This document shows, one piece after another, positions 29,035 through 39,999 of a stretch of DNA of 64,000 nt; position 1 is the first letter of the stretch; each line of letters begins with the position of its first letter. This DNA comes from Candidatus Culexmicrobium cathedralense (GTDB lineage: Archaea; Thermoproteota; Methanomethylicia; Culexarchaeales; Culexmicrobiaceae): NCBI GenBank assembly GCA_025061115.1, contig JANZKC010000001.1, positions 416,001-480,000 on the forward strand, written 5' to 3'. Under the pieces are notes generated by a model. The model did no database searches. It was not told the origin of the DNA and was given only the letters and a program-made list of their open reading frames with translations. Made by a program: the position numbers and the translations under genes.

Positions 29035-29832
29035 TTGCGGAGCATAGCCATAATCATCATTATTGGAGCAATACAAGGCCTTATAGAGTGGATACCAATC
29101 AGTAGCAGCGGTCAAATTATAGTACTGCTAGCTCAAATCATTGGCGCTAACCCAAGCACAGCATACGATTACTCATTAGCTCTACACCTTGGAACAGCAC
29201 TTTCAGCATTAGTAGCATATAGACACAAGATCTACCGCACATTAAAAAGCATGCCGAGAAAAATTAAAAGTAAAGAGCACGTAGCACTACTACTTACATT
29301 AACGCCATCTTGCTCATTTTTAATCGGCATTCCAATATATCTTATACTAAAAATTCAACTATCAAAAATAAGTGCAAATGAAGTAAACGCTTTAATCGGC
29401 TTAGCTTTAATAGCAACCGGACTAATAAGCTACAAATCCAAGAAAAATAGCAAATTTAAAGAAATTTCAAACTTCAAAGTAAAAGAAGCCATTCTACTAG
29501 GAGCAGCGCAAGGATTATCGGTAATACCTGGAATTTCTAGAAGCGCAATAACCATAGCTCTCTTGCTCATTCTAGGATTTAAGTCCGAAGATGCATTTGA
29601 AGCATCATTCATAGCCGCAATACCCGTAACTTTTGCAGCGGGACTCGCTGAAATATTTAGAGCCCCCTCACTAAGCATTCTTGCAGGCATCTTTTCAGCA
29701 TTTGCATGTGGACTAATAGCCATGAATTTTATGCTTATGATTTCCAGGAAAGTGAAGTTCCATAAGCTCCTAATAATGCTAGGACTCATCATGATCGCGT
29801 CCTACACATTCGCCCTGATACAAAAAATTTAA
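29035..29832 (+). CDS. uppP: Undecaprenyl-diphosphate phosphatase (BacA/UppP family)
   Basis: QGLIEWIPISSSG, LHLGT, QGLSVIPGISRS. Confidence 0.9.
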   Translation: MRSIAIIIIIGAIQGLIEWIPISSSGQIIVLLAQIIGANPSTAYDYSLALHLGTALSALVAYRHKIYRTLKSMPRKIKSKEHVALLLTLTPSCSFLIGIPIYLILKIQLSKISANEVNALIGLALIATGLISYKSKKNSKFKEISNFKVKEAILLGAAQGLSVIPGISRSAITIALLLILGFKSEDAFEASFIAAIPVTFAAGLAEIFRAPSLSILAGIFSAFACGLIAMNFMLMISRKVKFHKLLIMLGLIMIASYTFALIQKI

Positions 29833-29880
29833 GTAGAAGTAATTGCGAGTGCTGTGCACAAATATGTAGGAGGTTGACGC

Positions 29881-30183
29881 TTGGGGGGACCTAAAAAGAA
29901 AAAGCCGCTCACCCGAAGAGCACCAAGAAGAAAATTTGAAGCAAAAAAACCCGAAGTCCAAAAAGTCATTAGAAGCATAGTTGCAGATGAAAATCTAGTT
30001 AAGCAAATAGAGAGGGATGTTTCAAGAATGAAGTACGTAACGCCCTACATAATTGCAACAAAATTTAACTTACGATTAAGTTTAGCTAAAAACATTCTAA
30101 AAGAGTTAACCGGAAATGGAACGCTCACGCTAATTGCTCCAAACAAAAGAGCGCCGCTCTATGCACCTGCCGCCAACAAATAG
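29881..30183 (+). CDS. rps25e: 30S ribosomal protein S25e
   Basis: MGGPKKK.., KYVTPYIIATKFNLRLSLAKNILKEL. Confidence 0.92.
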   Translation: MGGPKKKKPLTRRAPRRKFEAKKPEVQKVIRSIVADENLVKQIERDVSRMKYVTPYIIATKFNLRLSLAKNILKELTGNGTLTLIAPNKRAPLYAPAANK

Positions 30184-30260
30184 TTTTAAATCGTTAAACA
30201 ATTGAATAAAATAAATACGCAGTATGCCATATAAATTACACGCAAGAGTTTTAAGATCTG

Positions 30261-30971
30261 TTGGAGGCCAATAAGGTGGTCTCCTTCTATGACCTAACAC
30301 TAGTTTCAGCCGTATACACTTTAGTCATAGGCATGATAGCTTTAACCGAAATTGCTAGGAAAAGGCTAAATCTAAGCACGAATTCCACAAGAAGAATTAT
30401 ACATCTATTCGCGGGAGACACAATATTACTTCTGCCGCTCTTCACCGACAGAATTTATCCCGCGCTAATACCTATTGGGCTTGCAGCCATGTTAGCGGTA
30501 GCATTTAAAACTAAAAAGAGCTTTCTAACTACAACAATGATTGAAGCAGAAGATACTTCGCTACACACTTATGGTCCAGTTTACTATATCACTTCCATTC
30601 TAATTCTCGTCCTAACTTCATGGGAAAAGAAGTATATTGCAATGGCAGCAACAATGGTGATGGCTTGGGGAGATGGAATGGCACCAATCATAGCTAGAAA
30701 GGTTAAATTCCCACATAAACACATTAACGACAGAACCTTTGAAGGCTCGCTCGCAATGCTAGCCTTCGGATTTTTAGGTGCGATCTTAGCAGTATTAATT
30801 GAAATGCAAATTGAGCACCGCTATATTGACATGCAACTAGCGCTTTTAAGAGCAGCAATAGCAAGCTTGGTCGGCACTTTAGCTGAGGCACTCTCAGTAG
30901 GGGCACTTAAGCCCTTCGACAACTTCACAGTCCCTCTCCTATCAGCTCTGGCATTGCACTTCATCAGTTAA
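30261..30971 (+). CDS. Phytol/dolichol (polyprenol) kinase family membrane protein
   Basis: TRRIIHL, GPVYY, MAWGDGMA, RTFEGS, DNFTVP. Confidence 0.88.
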   Translation: MEANKVVSFYDLTLVSAVYTLVIGMIALTEIARKRLNLSTNSTRRIIHLFAGDTILLLPLFTDRIYPALIPIGLAAMLAVAFKTKKSFLTTTMIEAEDTSLHTYGPVYYITSILILVLTSWEKKYIAMAATMVMAWGDGMAPIIARKVKFPHKHINDRTFEGSLAMLAFGFLGAILAVLIEMQIEHRYIDMQLALLRAAIASLVGTLAEALSVGALKPFDNFTVPLLSALALHFIS

Positions 30972-31027
30972 CGAAAAGCTTTTATTCAATCTCCAATTGT
31001 TCATACTTTGAAAGGTGATGTCATATT

Positions 31028-32446
31028 GTGTTGCATGTATATAACACCTTAACTAGGGAAAAGGAGATTTTCAAGCCTCTAGAACCAAATATTGTAAAAT
31101 TTTATGTGTGTGGACCAACAGTCTACGACAAGACTCACATAGGTCACGCAAGAACCTACGTGGCATTCGACGTGATAAGAAGATACTTGGAGTTCAAGGG
31201 ATTTAACGTCTTCTACGTAGTTAACATAACCGACGTCGAAGACAAAATAATAGCCAAATCCATGAAGACAGGAAAAACCTGGAGAGAAGTAGCCGACGAA
31301 TACATAGCGGACTTCTTTCAGGCTATAGATGCGCTAAACATCAAAAGAGCACACATATACCCCAGAGTTAGCGAGCACATTCAAGACATAATAAAATTCA
31401 TAGAAAAACTAATAGAAAAGGGACATGCCTACGAAGCAGAGGGAAACGTATACTTTGACGTAGACTCATTCAGCGACTATGGAAAGCTATCCAACATCAG
31501 TAGGGAGCAACTCAAAACCCAAGAGGAAGGACCTGGAAAGAAAAAGCCATATGACTTTGCGCTATGGAAAAAAGCTAAACCAGGAGAGCCCTACTGGCAA
31601 AGCCCATGGGGCCCGGGAAGACCTGGTTGGCACATAGAGTGCTCAGTCATGTCCTCCAAGTATCTGGGATCGCAATTCGACATCCACGGCGGAGGTCAAG
31701 ACTTAATATTCCCACATCACGAAAACGAAATTGCTCAAAGCGAAGCATACTTTGGAAAAAATCCTTGGGTTAAGTATTGGCTCCACACGGGAATGCTCAT
31801 AATGGGAAAGGAAAAAATGTCAAAATCGATGGGAAACGTAATAACAGTTGAAGAAATCCTTAGAAGCTATAAGCCAATGGAGCTCCGCTTCTACCTACTA
31901 AGCTGCCACTACAGAAGCCAACTAGCATACAGCGATGAGGCCATGCGCCACTCCAAAGCATCTTACATGAGAATGCTAAATGCAATATCAAGCTTACAAT
32001 CGTTATTAAGCGAATCAAAGGGGGAGTTTAAGGCATCCGACAAATCAATTAACTTGATAAGAAAAATATGGAGAATCAAGGCAAAGTTCCTTGAAGCCAT
32101 GGACGACGACTTCAACACGCCAGTTGCAGTTTCAGCACTTCACAGCTTAACATCCCTAGTTAATAGGGAAATAATACCATCATCAGACCTAGCTTCAGCT
32201 CTAGCTGCAATCAAAGTCTTTGAAGATGCGAGCAGAATACTAGGAGTATTTGAGGAAAGCCTTAGAGGCGAAGGAGAACTTCAGCTAGTTACATCCCTCA
32301 TAAACCTAGTTTTAGCAGTTAGGCAAAAGCACAGAGAAAGAAAGGAGTGGGACATAGCAGACTGGATAGCCAGCGAACTAAGAAAATTGGGAATTGAACT
32401 TTCAGACATGAAAGACAAAACACTGTGGAGAATAATAGGGAAGTAG
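31028..32446 (+). CDS. cysS: Cysteine--tRNA ligase
   Basis: [25 protein letters not shown]. Confidence 0.98.
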   Translation: MLHVYNTLTREKEIFKPLEPNIVKFYVCGPTVYDKTHIGHARTYVAFDVIRRYLEFKGFNVFYVVNITDVEDKIIAKSMKTGKTWREVADEYIADFFQAIDALNIKRAHIYPRVSEHIQDIIKFIEKLIEKGHAYEAEGNVYFDVDSFSDYGKLSNISREQLKTQEEGPGKKKPYDFALWKKAKPGEPYWQSPWGPGRPGWHIECSVMSSKYLGSQFDIHGGGQDLIFPHHENEIAQSEAYFGKNPWVKYWLHTGMLIMGKEKMSKSMGNVITVEEILRSYKPMELRFYLLSCHYRSQLAYSDEAMRHSKASYMRMLNAISSLQSLLSESKGEFKASDKSINLIRKIWRIKAKFLEAMDDDFNTPVAVSALHSLTSLVNREIIPSSDLASALAAIKVFEDASRILGVFEESLRGEGELQLVTSLINLVLAVRQKHRERKEWDIADWIASELRKLGIELSDMKDKTLWRIIGK

Positions 32447-32448
32447 AA

Positions 32449-32883
32449 TTAGGCTTCCTCGCTAAATGCTGATATGAATTTTTCATTAACGTAAACGTCA
32501 GCGCCGGACAACAAAGCCAAAACTATTGCGCTGCTCGGAACCATAATCCTCCTGATAGTATTCCCATCGATTTTTATTTTAACATTAGCACAGTACACAT
32601 AGCCACTCCTATGCTGAAGCACATCATCTATAACCACTTCCTCCACAGAGCCTTTAAGCGCACTTTCTACTGAAGGAATTTCAGCCAAAATTAGTGGCAA
32701 CACCATTCTTGGGTCGGAAGTTATATCAACACCATTAGCTAAGCGCTCAATAGCGATAGCAGCATCAATTGGAATTGCACTCATGTCGAAAAACTCGCCA
32801 TTCTCCAATTCGCAACGAAGAGAAGGAAGCGGATAGTGCGGGTGGATTAAAACCTTATAACCTACAACTTTAACTTTACCCAA
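32449..32883 (-). CDS. Bifunctional nuclease (DUF151)-like protein
   Basis: AIAI, VEEVVIDD, Y.A.V, PSSAIVLAL..GADVYV. Confidence 0.7.
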   Translation of the reverse strand: MGKVKVVGYKVLIHPHYPLPSLRCELENGEFFDMSAIPIDAAIAIERLANGVDITSDPRMVLPLILAEIPSVESALKGSVEEVVIDDVLQHRSGYVYCANVKIKIDGNTIRRIMVPSSAIVLALLSGADVYVNEKFISAFSEEA

Positions 32884-32918
32884 AGATACCCCTCAAATTA
32901 ACTTTAAAACCACGATAT

Positions 32919-33881
32919 TTAAGTGTGCCCACCGCATTCAACAGCCTCATAAACTGAAGCCAGTAGAAGAGGAAGAATTATCGTGGCATCCCCATAAACC
33001 GTCACTCGCTTAGCTTCAGGCTTAACTTTACCCCAACTTATGGCTTCCTTAACTCTAGCACCGCTCAAGCTGCCATCATACTCAAGTGCAGTAGTTATGT
33101 ATATAGCATATTCAAGCCCACCCTTAAATTGATTCCACCAAATAGTATGATGCTTAGATATTCCACCTCCAATCACCAAAGCACCGGTCCTAACAGCGTC
33201 AAACACTATATCGGAAAGCTCCTTCATGTCGGCTAGAGGATCTAAGGAAAAACTCTTAGACTGAGAGTACATGAACAGTTGCGTTCCAAAGGAGGAGTCA
33301 AGTATGCCTGGGACGTAAACCGGCACATTCCTAAGGTATGCTTGCCTAAGAAACGAATTCTCATCATCAATTCTCCTTCCAAATTCTGCAAGAAGCTCTC
33401 TAACGCCCCACACGTGCTTTTCCTTTACAAGCTCATCAAGAATTTTCCAAGTAACAGACTCAATAACGGCACCATAAGACTCGAGCGGAACGAGCACGTT
33501 TCCAAGCCTATGAACGCTCAGCTTGCTGAGCATGACGTCATCCAAGTCGAAGCTCCCATGATAGTACTTCCCTCCAAAGCTTCGGGCAATATCGTGGTCA
33601 ATTGCACCGCCAGTAGTTATTATCACATCAACATACCCTCTCGAAATTAGATCAGCAATTACGCCGCGAAGGCCTGTTGCAATGAGGTTACCAGTAAATG
33701 ACAGAAAGACTGTGCAATCATCATCCATGAACATGGAGCACGCAATTTTATGCGCTTCCGCAAGGTGTTTAGCCGTGAAGCCGCCCATCAAATCGTAAAC
33801 TTGAATCAGCTGCAAAGCGCTCATCTTACTACTCAACTTTACATCCTTAACTTCTACTTTCAACAAATCCTGCAAATTCAA
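32919..33881 (-). CDS. dys: Deoxyhypusine synthase
   Basis: GNLIATGLR, TTGGAIDHD, GGGISKH, DGSLSGA..EAISWGK, GDAT. Confidence 0.96.
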   Translation of the reverse strand: MNLQDLLKVEVKDVKLSSKMSALQLIQVYDLMGGFTAKHLAEAHKIACSMFMDDDCTVFLSFTGNLIATGLRGVIADLISRGYVDVIITTGGAIDHDIARSFGGKYYHGSFDLDDVMLSKLSVHRLGNVLVPLESYGAVIESVTWKILDELVKEKHVWGVRELLAEFGRRIDDENSFLRQAYLRNVPVYVPGILDSSFGTQLFMYSQSKSFSLDPLADMKELSDIVFDAVRTGALVIGGGISKHHTIWWNQFKGGLEYAIYITTALEYDGSLSGARVKEAISWGKVKPEAKRVTVYGDATIILPLLLASVYEAVECGGHT

Positions 33882-33891
33882 GGTTAACCCC

Positions 33892-34134
33892 TCAACTTAG
33901 AGGCAAACCCCTACAATAAACCTTTCCACTAACTCTTCTCACAAAATTCTTACAGGAAAAGCAAACTAGAAATGGAGTTAACTTTCCGGTAACCGGGCAA
34001 TTAACTGCATCCAACTTCATCCTCCTAATCAACTTCCTCCCCAATGCACCTTTAATTTGCTCAACAACTTCCCTAGGAACCCTCATGGGCTTTTCCAGCG
34101 TCATCACATCAACCAAGTACTTGTAATCGCTCAT
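33892..34134 (-). CDS. Small conserved 4-Cys (putative Zn-binding) protein
   Basis: VNCP..F..CFSC..F.RR....VYC; 10 nt upstream of dys. Confidence 0.7.
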   Translation of the reverse strand: MSDYKYLVDVMTLEKPMRVPREVVEQIKGALGRKLIRRMKLDAVNCPVTGKLTPFLVCFSCKNFVRRVSGKVYCRGLPLS

Positions 34135-34231
34135 CCAACCACCAAAGCATCCATATTATGCCAGCGCAGATATTAACGTTTGCCAGAGAGCATTTTAAGT
34201 AGCCTTTCACTACTAACATAGGTGAGGAGCC

Positions 34232-34588
34232 TTGAGCAAGCGCATATCCCCCATAGACGTCGCATCGAAAGATTACAACGCATCCAAAAGCTACGCAATA
34301 TACCTATATGTGGAGGGCATAGGAATAGCACTTGAAGCAGCTAAAAAAGCTAAGGAAAAGTATAGCTTAAGCGAGCACGAGTACTTCACAGTCTTCGAAA
34401 AACTACTGGACAAGGTTCTAGGTCCCCTAAAATACGTACTTCAAGAATTTGAATACCTTCCGGAAGATGTCAAGAACTTATTTAGAACCGCCGAAGAGAG
34501 GAAAATAGAGGAAGAGCTATCTAGGCTTGTAAGTGAAAGAATAGCGAAGATGATCGAGGAAGCTGAAAGGCTTGGAAAAGAAAAATGA
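34232..34588 (+). CDS. Hypothetical protein
   Basis: GGTGAGGAG before TTG; overlaps udg. Confidence 0.7.
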   Translation: MSKRISPIDVASKDYNASKSYAIYLYVEGIGIALEAAKKAKEKYSLSEHEYFTVFEKLLDKVLGPLKYVLQEFEYLPEDVKNLFRTAEERKIEEELSRLVSERIAKMIEEAERLGKEK

Positions 34589-35216
34589 AAGCCCGGAACA
34601 ACAAATGGAAAAAGTAGTAGAGGAAATTATGAAGTGCAGAAAGTGCACTCTCTGGAAAACTAGAAAGAACCCAGTGCCAGGCGAAGGAAACATCAAAGCT
34701 GAAGTAATGTTCATAGGAGAAGCGCCAGGCAAAAGCGAAGACGAGCAAGGGAGACCATTTGTAGGCGCTGCAGGAAAACTTCTAACAAGACTAATTGAAA
34801 GCATAGGCTTGAAAAGAGAAGATGTCTATATAGCAAACATCCTAAAGTGTAGGCCACCCCAAAATAGAGATCCACTGCCAGAGGAAATAGAGAAGTGTAC
34901 GCCATATCTCGATAGGCAGATCCAAATAATTAAGCCCAAGATAATAGTCACGCTCGGAAGACACTCGACAAGCTACATACTAGGGAAATTAAAGGTAAGC
35001 GTCCCAGGAATAATGAAAATCAGGGGAAAAACCTACAGCGGAACAATACTTGGATTGAAAGTCATAATCCTCCCAACCCTACACCCTGCAGCAGCCCTCT
35101 ACAACCCAAAAATGAGAAGCCTAATAGAAGCTGACTTCAAAAATCTAAAAAGAATCCTAGAAGGAAACCTTAAACAAGTAGATTTACTCAAGTTCCTATC
35201 CTCCAAAGCGCAATAA
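34572..35216 (+). CDS. udg: Uracil-DNA glycosylase family 4
   Basis: CRKCTL, GEAPG..ED..GRPFVG, NILKCRPP.NR.P, HPAA. Confidence 0.96.
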   Translation: MEKKNESPEQQMEKVVEEIMKCRKCTLWKTRKNPVPGEGNIKAEVMFIGEAPGKSEDEQGRPFVGAAGKLLTRLIESIGLKREDVYIANILKCRPPQNRDPLPEEIEKCTPYLDRQIQIIKPKIIVTLGRHSTSYILGKLKVSVPGIMKIRGKTYSGTILGLKVIILPTLHPAAALYNPKMRSLIEADFKNLKRILEGNLKQVDLLKFLSSKAQ

Positions 35217-35270
35217 AGTGCCAAAGCCAGTGGATTTATCTACCAATCATAAGCCGTAAATAAGGGGTAC

Positions 35271-36956
35271 ATGCCAAAAATCCAGAGCAAAATTTCCATT
35301 AAAGACCTCATCACACTTACACTTCTATTCACAATCATGACAATCATACTAGCTAAAAAGACAGCAACAAATCCGGAGAAACTTGCAACTTTTCAAACTG
35401 CAATTAAAAGCATCTCAAATCCAAGTATCCTAGCGATGTTGACGCTAATCACACTAACTTTAACGGCATACTCACTGAAAAACGCGCTTTTCACCAAAGA
35501 CAAAATCCTCATAGGCTTCAACGGACCCCTTCCAGCATACATAGACCTATCAACACCCAGACACGTAGTCATATTTGGAATGACAGGAAGCGGAAAAACG
35601 GAAACTGCAAAGCGAATAGCGCTTAACTCTAAGAAGAAAAAATTAATAATCGACTGGGCGGGAGAATATCAACACGGCTTAACAGCAACCCCCAAACTTC
35701 TAACCTTAAACCTAAAACCACACGAAATCGTAGACTCAATTGCAAGCGCATTCCACCTCTCAATGCCCCAACAAGCAGTCCTCTACGAAGCATCCAAAGA
35801 AGCTAAAAACCTATCAGACATCATCAAGAAAATAAGGGAAATAAAGCCTGCAACCGAAACACAACGAGAAATAAGAGATGCAATATTGAGAAGGCTACTG
35901 CCACTTGAAAGCATGAAACTATTTAGTGGAGAATTAAATCTAAGTGAAATCGACACTCTCGACCTATCATCATTAACGTATGAAGCAAAAAAGCTAGTGG
36001 CAAACATCGTGCTAAGAATGTTCTACAACTCACCTGAGCCACGAGTTCTCGTAGTAGAGGAAGCGCAAAACATCATTCCAAGGCAGCCCCCCGGAAATCC
36101 CCCAACCTCAGCAGAGCTAATAATCAATGAGCTGAGAAAGAGGGGAGTTAGCGTCATACTTGTAGCTCAAACTCCAAGCCAGATATCTTTGGCGTTTAGA
36201 AACGCGGACTACATAATCATGCACAGATTACAGCTAACCCCATCCGAAGCTCAAGTTCTAGGAATAAGTAAGGATGAAGCTGAAAGGCTAGCTCAACTTG
36301 AAACGGGGCACTGCCTAATAATAGAAAGAGGAAGAAAAAGGTGGATTAAAATACTAATAGCCAAAAAGCGAAAATCAAGCCCAATCAACATAAAAACAAA
36401 ATCACAAATCAGCATGACAGTTAAAGAACCATTAAAAAATCGAGAATCCAACAGTGATCGCGAAAGTAAGAAAGAAATAATCGACGAGCTAATAGAGGAT
36501 TTAACATCCATATTGAAGTGGAAAAGAGAAGCATCAACTAAAATTGAGAAGCTGGAGGAAATAGTCAGTAAGCTAACCCAAGACATCCAAGAACTAAGCG
36601 AAGCCTGGGAAGCTGCCAAACACGCTGAAATAGCCTCAAACCCCACATACATAAGCAACTTCATTAAAAGAACTAGCGAAAAACTCGCCCAACTATCAGT
36701 AGCAATAGCCGTACTAAGAAGAAGGTACGCTGAACTTCAGAAAAAACAGGAAGAAGAAAGGGGCAATGAAAGCGCTTACATCAAAGAAATTGAGAAAAAA
36801 ATCTCTCTATTAAATGAAAAGGTTGAATATCTTGAAAATGCAGCTAAGAGGCATGGCAGAGCCATACTAGAAGTGCGTAAGAAGCTTTCAACCCTACACT
36901 ACAAGCTCATAGACTTTGAGCGATGGATCAAGGAGGAACTTAGCACCATTGCCTAG
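35271..36956 (+). CDS. Membrane-anchored HerA/VirB4/FtsK-like (DUF87) ATPase with C-terminal coiled coil
   Basis: Two N-terminal TM, HVVIFGMTGSGKT, IIDWAGEY, VVEEAQN, ELRKRGV..VAQ, L.TGHC. Confidence 0.85.
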   Translation: MPKIQSKISIKDLITLTLLFTIMTIILAKKTATNPEKLATFQTAIKSISNPSILAMLTLITLTLTAYSLKNALFTKDKILIGFNGPLPAYIDLSTPRHVVIFGMTGSGKTETAKRIALNSKKKKLIIDWAGEYQHGLTATPKLLTLNLKPHEIVDSIASAFHLSMPQQAVLYEASKEAKNLSDIIKKIREIKPATETQREIRDAILRRLLPLESMKLFSGELNLSEIDTLDLSSLTYEAKKLVANIVLRMFYNSPEPRVLVVEEAQNIIPRQPPGNPPTSAELIINELRKRGVSVILVAQTPSQISLAFRNADYIIMHRLQLTPSEAQVLGISKDEAERLAQLETGHCLIIERGRKRWIKILIAKKRKSSPINIKTKSQISMTVKEPLKNRESNSDRESKKEIIDELIEDLTSILKWKREASTKIEKLEEIVSKLTQDIQELSEAWEAAKHAEIASNPTYISNFIKRTSEKLAQLSVAIAVLRRRYAELQKKQEEERGNESAYIKEIEKKISLLNEKVEYLENAAKRHGRAILEVRKKLSTLHYKLIDFERWIKEELSTIA

Positions 36957-38766
36957 CAACTTCAAGTACTTTCCATACGAGAAATTAAGATATAATCAGG
37001 CAGAACTCATAAGATCAGCAAAGGAAGCAATAATCAACAAAAAGCACTTAATTGTTAGAGCACCTGCTGGATTTGGAAAAACGCCATGCATATTAGCCGC
37101 AGCCCTCCAAGCAGCTGAAAAATTAAATCTAAAAATAATGTGGATATGCAGAACACATAGAGAGTCGGATAGAGTCATAGATGAAGTAAAGAAAATCAGC
37201 ACCAAACATACTTGGATAAGCGGCTTAAGCATTAGAGCAAGATCAGAAATGTGCCTACTGCCAATCGACAGCGAAATTAGAAGAGAAGTTGAAGCGTTCT
37301 CAATAATGTGCTCAGAGTTGAAGAAGGCCGGCAAATGCCCATATTACAACGAAACCAAGAAAAAAGTTAAAGTTTATTTGCCTAAAGTCACATCAGCCTC
37401 AGAAATAATCGAAATATGCAGCAAACACAGCACATGCCCATATGAAATGGCGAGAAGACAACTGCCAAAGTCCACCATCATAGCACTAAACTACCTATAC
37501 GCACTTAAGCCAGAAATATTCAACAAACTCCAATTAAATGGAAGTAGCTACATTCTAATAATTGACGAAGCCCACAACCTACCTGAAATTGCAACACAAA
37601 TACTCAGCGAAAAAATAACTGCAAACAGCTTAAGGCAAACAGTAGCAGAGGCCGAAAAACACGGCGCGGAACTAGCCATTAACATAGGCACTCAACTACT
37701 CAAATTCATCGAGAAAGCAACAGAAGAAAAAATTATCAGTAAAAAGCAGCTCACAAACCTAATCAAAAAATCCGTCCAAATGGAATTGAGCGACATAGCA
37801 AATGCACTCTTAATAAAGGGACTGGAAATAAGAAGAAAACTTGCCCTCAAAGGCAAACTGCCAAGATCACATATACATCACTTAGGAAAGTTCATAGCAC
37901 TACTCCAAACCTCACTCAAAAAGCCGGAACATACAATCATACTTCGAAGTGGCGAGCTGGAGCTAGTATGCTTCGACCCGAGAAGACTAACACGAAAACT
38001 ATATAAAAAATTCCACTCAACCATCAGCCTATCCGGAACTATAAACGCAGATTATGGTGAAATCGTTGGAATTAAAAGCTCAAAGTACATGGAGCTCTCC
38101 TTCAACTACAGCTCGGATCAAGTGCTGCCAATAGTAGCGACCAACGTCACAAGCGACTACGACATGAGAAGCCCAACAATGTATAGGAAAATGGCAGAAT
38201 ACATCATTGTCACAGCAGAGGTAGTTAACAGCGGCATAGGCGTATTCACAGCCTCCTATGAAGTTTTAAATGGATTAATCAATGCAGGAGTAATCAACAT
38301 CAAAAAACCAATGTTCATTGAAAGAGAAGGGCTCCCCTCAAGAATGAGTGAGCACCAAATAAGGCAATTCAAGGAAAAGGCAAAACGAGGAGGAGCAATA
38401 TACTTGGGAGTATGCGGTGGAAGAGCAAGTGAAGGAGAAGACTTTCCAGGAAGCGAAATGGACGTGGTAATTCTTGCAGGCATACCATTTCCAGAACCAA
38501 CCTTAACCTTAAAAGCAAAGGTAGAATACTACGAAAAGCGCTTCCCACGTAAAGCCAGGCTTTACAGCTACATCCTACCATCACTATGGAAAGCCGCTCA
38601 AGCAGCTGGCAGAGTAATGCGTGGACCAGACGATAGAGGAGCCATAATATACTTAGATAAACGCTACTTGAAGTACGGAAATCTAATGCCAACATGGATG
38701 AGGCCGCGAAAAACAATAAAAGAAGCAGCAGAACTCAAGGAAGAACTATGCCTTTTCTTCGCTTAG
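36949..38766 (+). CDS. xpd: XPD/Rad3/DinG-family 4Fe-4S DNA helicase
   Basis: YNQ, APAGFGKT, four Fe-S Cys (MC, MC, CPYY, CPY), IIDEAHN, SGT, SEGEDF, QAAGRVMR. Confidence 0.92.
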   Translation: MPSNFKYFPYEKLRYNQAELIRSAKEAIINKKHLIVRAPAGFGKTPCILAAALQAAEKLNLKIMWICRTHRESDRVIDEVKKISTKHTWISGLSIRARSEMCLLPIDSEIRREVEAFSIMCSELKKAGKCPYYNETKKKVKVYLPKVTSASEIIEICSKHSTCPYEMARRQLPKSTIIALNYLYALKPEIFNKLQLNGSSYILIIDEAHNLPEIATQILSEKITANSLRQTVAEAEKHGAELAINIGTQLLKFIEKATEEKIISKKQLTNLIKKSVQMELSDIANALLIKGLEIRRKLALKGKLPRSHIHHLGKFIALLQTSLKKPEHTIILRSGELELVCFDPRRLTRKLYKKFHSTISLSGTINADYGEIVGIKSSKYMELSFNYSSDQVLPIVATNVTSDYDMRSPTMYRKMAEYIIVTAEVVNSGIGVFTASYEVLNGLINAGVINIKKPMFIEREGLPSRMSEHQIRQFKEKAKRGGAIYLGVCGGRASEGEDFPGSEMDVVILAGIPFPEPTLTLKAKVEYYEKRFPRKARLYSYILPSLWKAAQAAGRVMRGPDDRGAIIYLDKRYLKYGNLMPTWMRPRKTIKEAAELKEELCLFFA

Positions 38767-38803
38767 CAAAGCTTTAAAATTTAATCACGTCAAAACTAAT
38801 ACT

Positions 38804-39187
38804 GTGATAGAAGAGCTTGAGGAATACTTACTAGACATCGAATTGCCAGGAAACCAATCAGCTAAAATCAAACTTATAAGAATACTTGCTCCAATAACAA
38901 TACAACAAATAGTTAAAAGACTCCCAATATCAACAAGAATAGTCAAGTTTGGAAAGCAACTCCTAATAAATCTCCCCCTAAAAGTAAAAATCGACAAAAC
39001 CTCCAAAAACGTCAAAGCGGGAGACGTAGCATACTGGCCAATAAGTCAAGCCCTATGCATATATTTGGAGGAAACTAAAATTCCCAGCCCAGTAATAATC
39101 GTAGGTAAAGTTGTTGAAGGAATGGAAATCCTCAAACAAATTCCAAGCGGAGCTGGAGTAACTCTCAAGAAGGGTAGAGCAGCATGA
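38804..39187 (+). CDS. Cyclophilin-like fold protein (DUF369/TM1367-like)
   Basis: APITI..I...LP, VKAGDVAYWP...ALCIY, PV..VGKV. Confidence 0.8.
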   Translation: MIEELEEYLLDIELPGNQSAKIKLIRILAPITIQQIVKRLPISTRIVKFGKQLLINLPLKVKIDKTSKNVKAGDVAYWPISQALCIYLEETKIPSPVIIVGKVVEGMEILKQIPSGAGVTLKKGRAA

Positions 39188-39999
39188 AAGCCTACTTAGC
39201 TGGATTTAAAGAGCTAAGCCTCGTAGACTACCCGAACAAGCCCTCCTGCGTTTTCTGGCTTGCAGGATGCAACTTTAGATGCCCATACTGCTACAATCAC
39301 TCCATGTGGAACATGAATAGTGGACAGCTAATTGAAATTAGCCAACTAAAAAGGCTAATGAAAAAAGCTTCAATAGTTTCGGAAGCATGCAAAGTCACAG
39401 GAGGAGAACCCACGCTTCAACCTGAAGTTCTAATAGAACTCGGATTGGAAGCCCACAAAATAGGCATGGAATTCGGAATAGATTCCAACGGCTCAAATCC
39501 AAGCGTAATCATAGACCTAATAAGCAAATATAACTGCCTAGACGCCATCGCCATAGACATCAAGGCGCCACTAAATCCAAAAGACTACAGCAAAGCAACT
39601 GGAATAAGCATTAGCAGCCAGCAAATCAACAAAATAAAGACATCACTTAAAGAGGCATTGAAATCTGAGATAAAACTCGAAATAAGAATTCCACTCATTC
39701 CATCAGTTAACGACTGCCCTGAAGCCCTTCAAAAAATAGCTTCTACACTTCTCGAGCTCGGCTACCTAGACAGGTGCAACAATAATGAAGCCTCAATAAT
39801 TATTGCAGAAGTAATAACAGATGAAAGTGCGGATCAAACATTAAAGAACGCAGAAAAATTGAGCCCACAAGAGCTAGTTAAGCTAGCCTCATCAATGAAG
39901 CTGCCAAACATATTCGTTAGGCATAGAAAATTAGGGGTAAAAGTACCCATTAGCCAAGCAATTAAAATTCTGAAATTGGAGTCCGATATCTATCCATGA
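39184..39999 (+). CDS. nrdG: Anaerobic ribonucleotide reductase activating radical SAM protein
   Basis: SLVDYP, GCNFRCPYCYN, TGGEPTLQ, DSNGS, DIKAP; adjacent to nrdD. Confidence 0.93.
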   Translation: MKAYLAGFKELSLVDYPNKPSCVFWLAGCNFRCPYCYNHSMWNMNSGQLIEISQLKRLMKKASIVSEACKVTGGEPTLQPEVLIELGLEAHKIGMEFGIDSNGSNPSVIIDLISKYNCLDAIAIDIKAPLNPKDYSKATGISISSQQINKIKTSLKEALKSEIKLEIRIPLIPSVNDCPEALQKIASTLLELGYLDRCNNNEASIIIAEVITDESADQTLKNAEKLSPQELVKLASSMKLPNIFVRHRKLGVKVPISQAIKILKLESDIYP

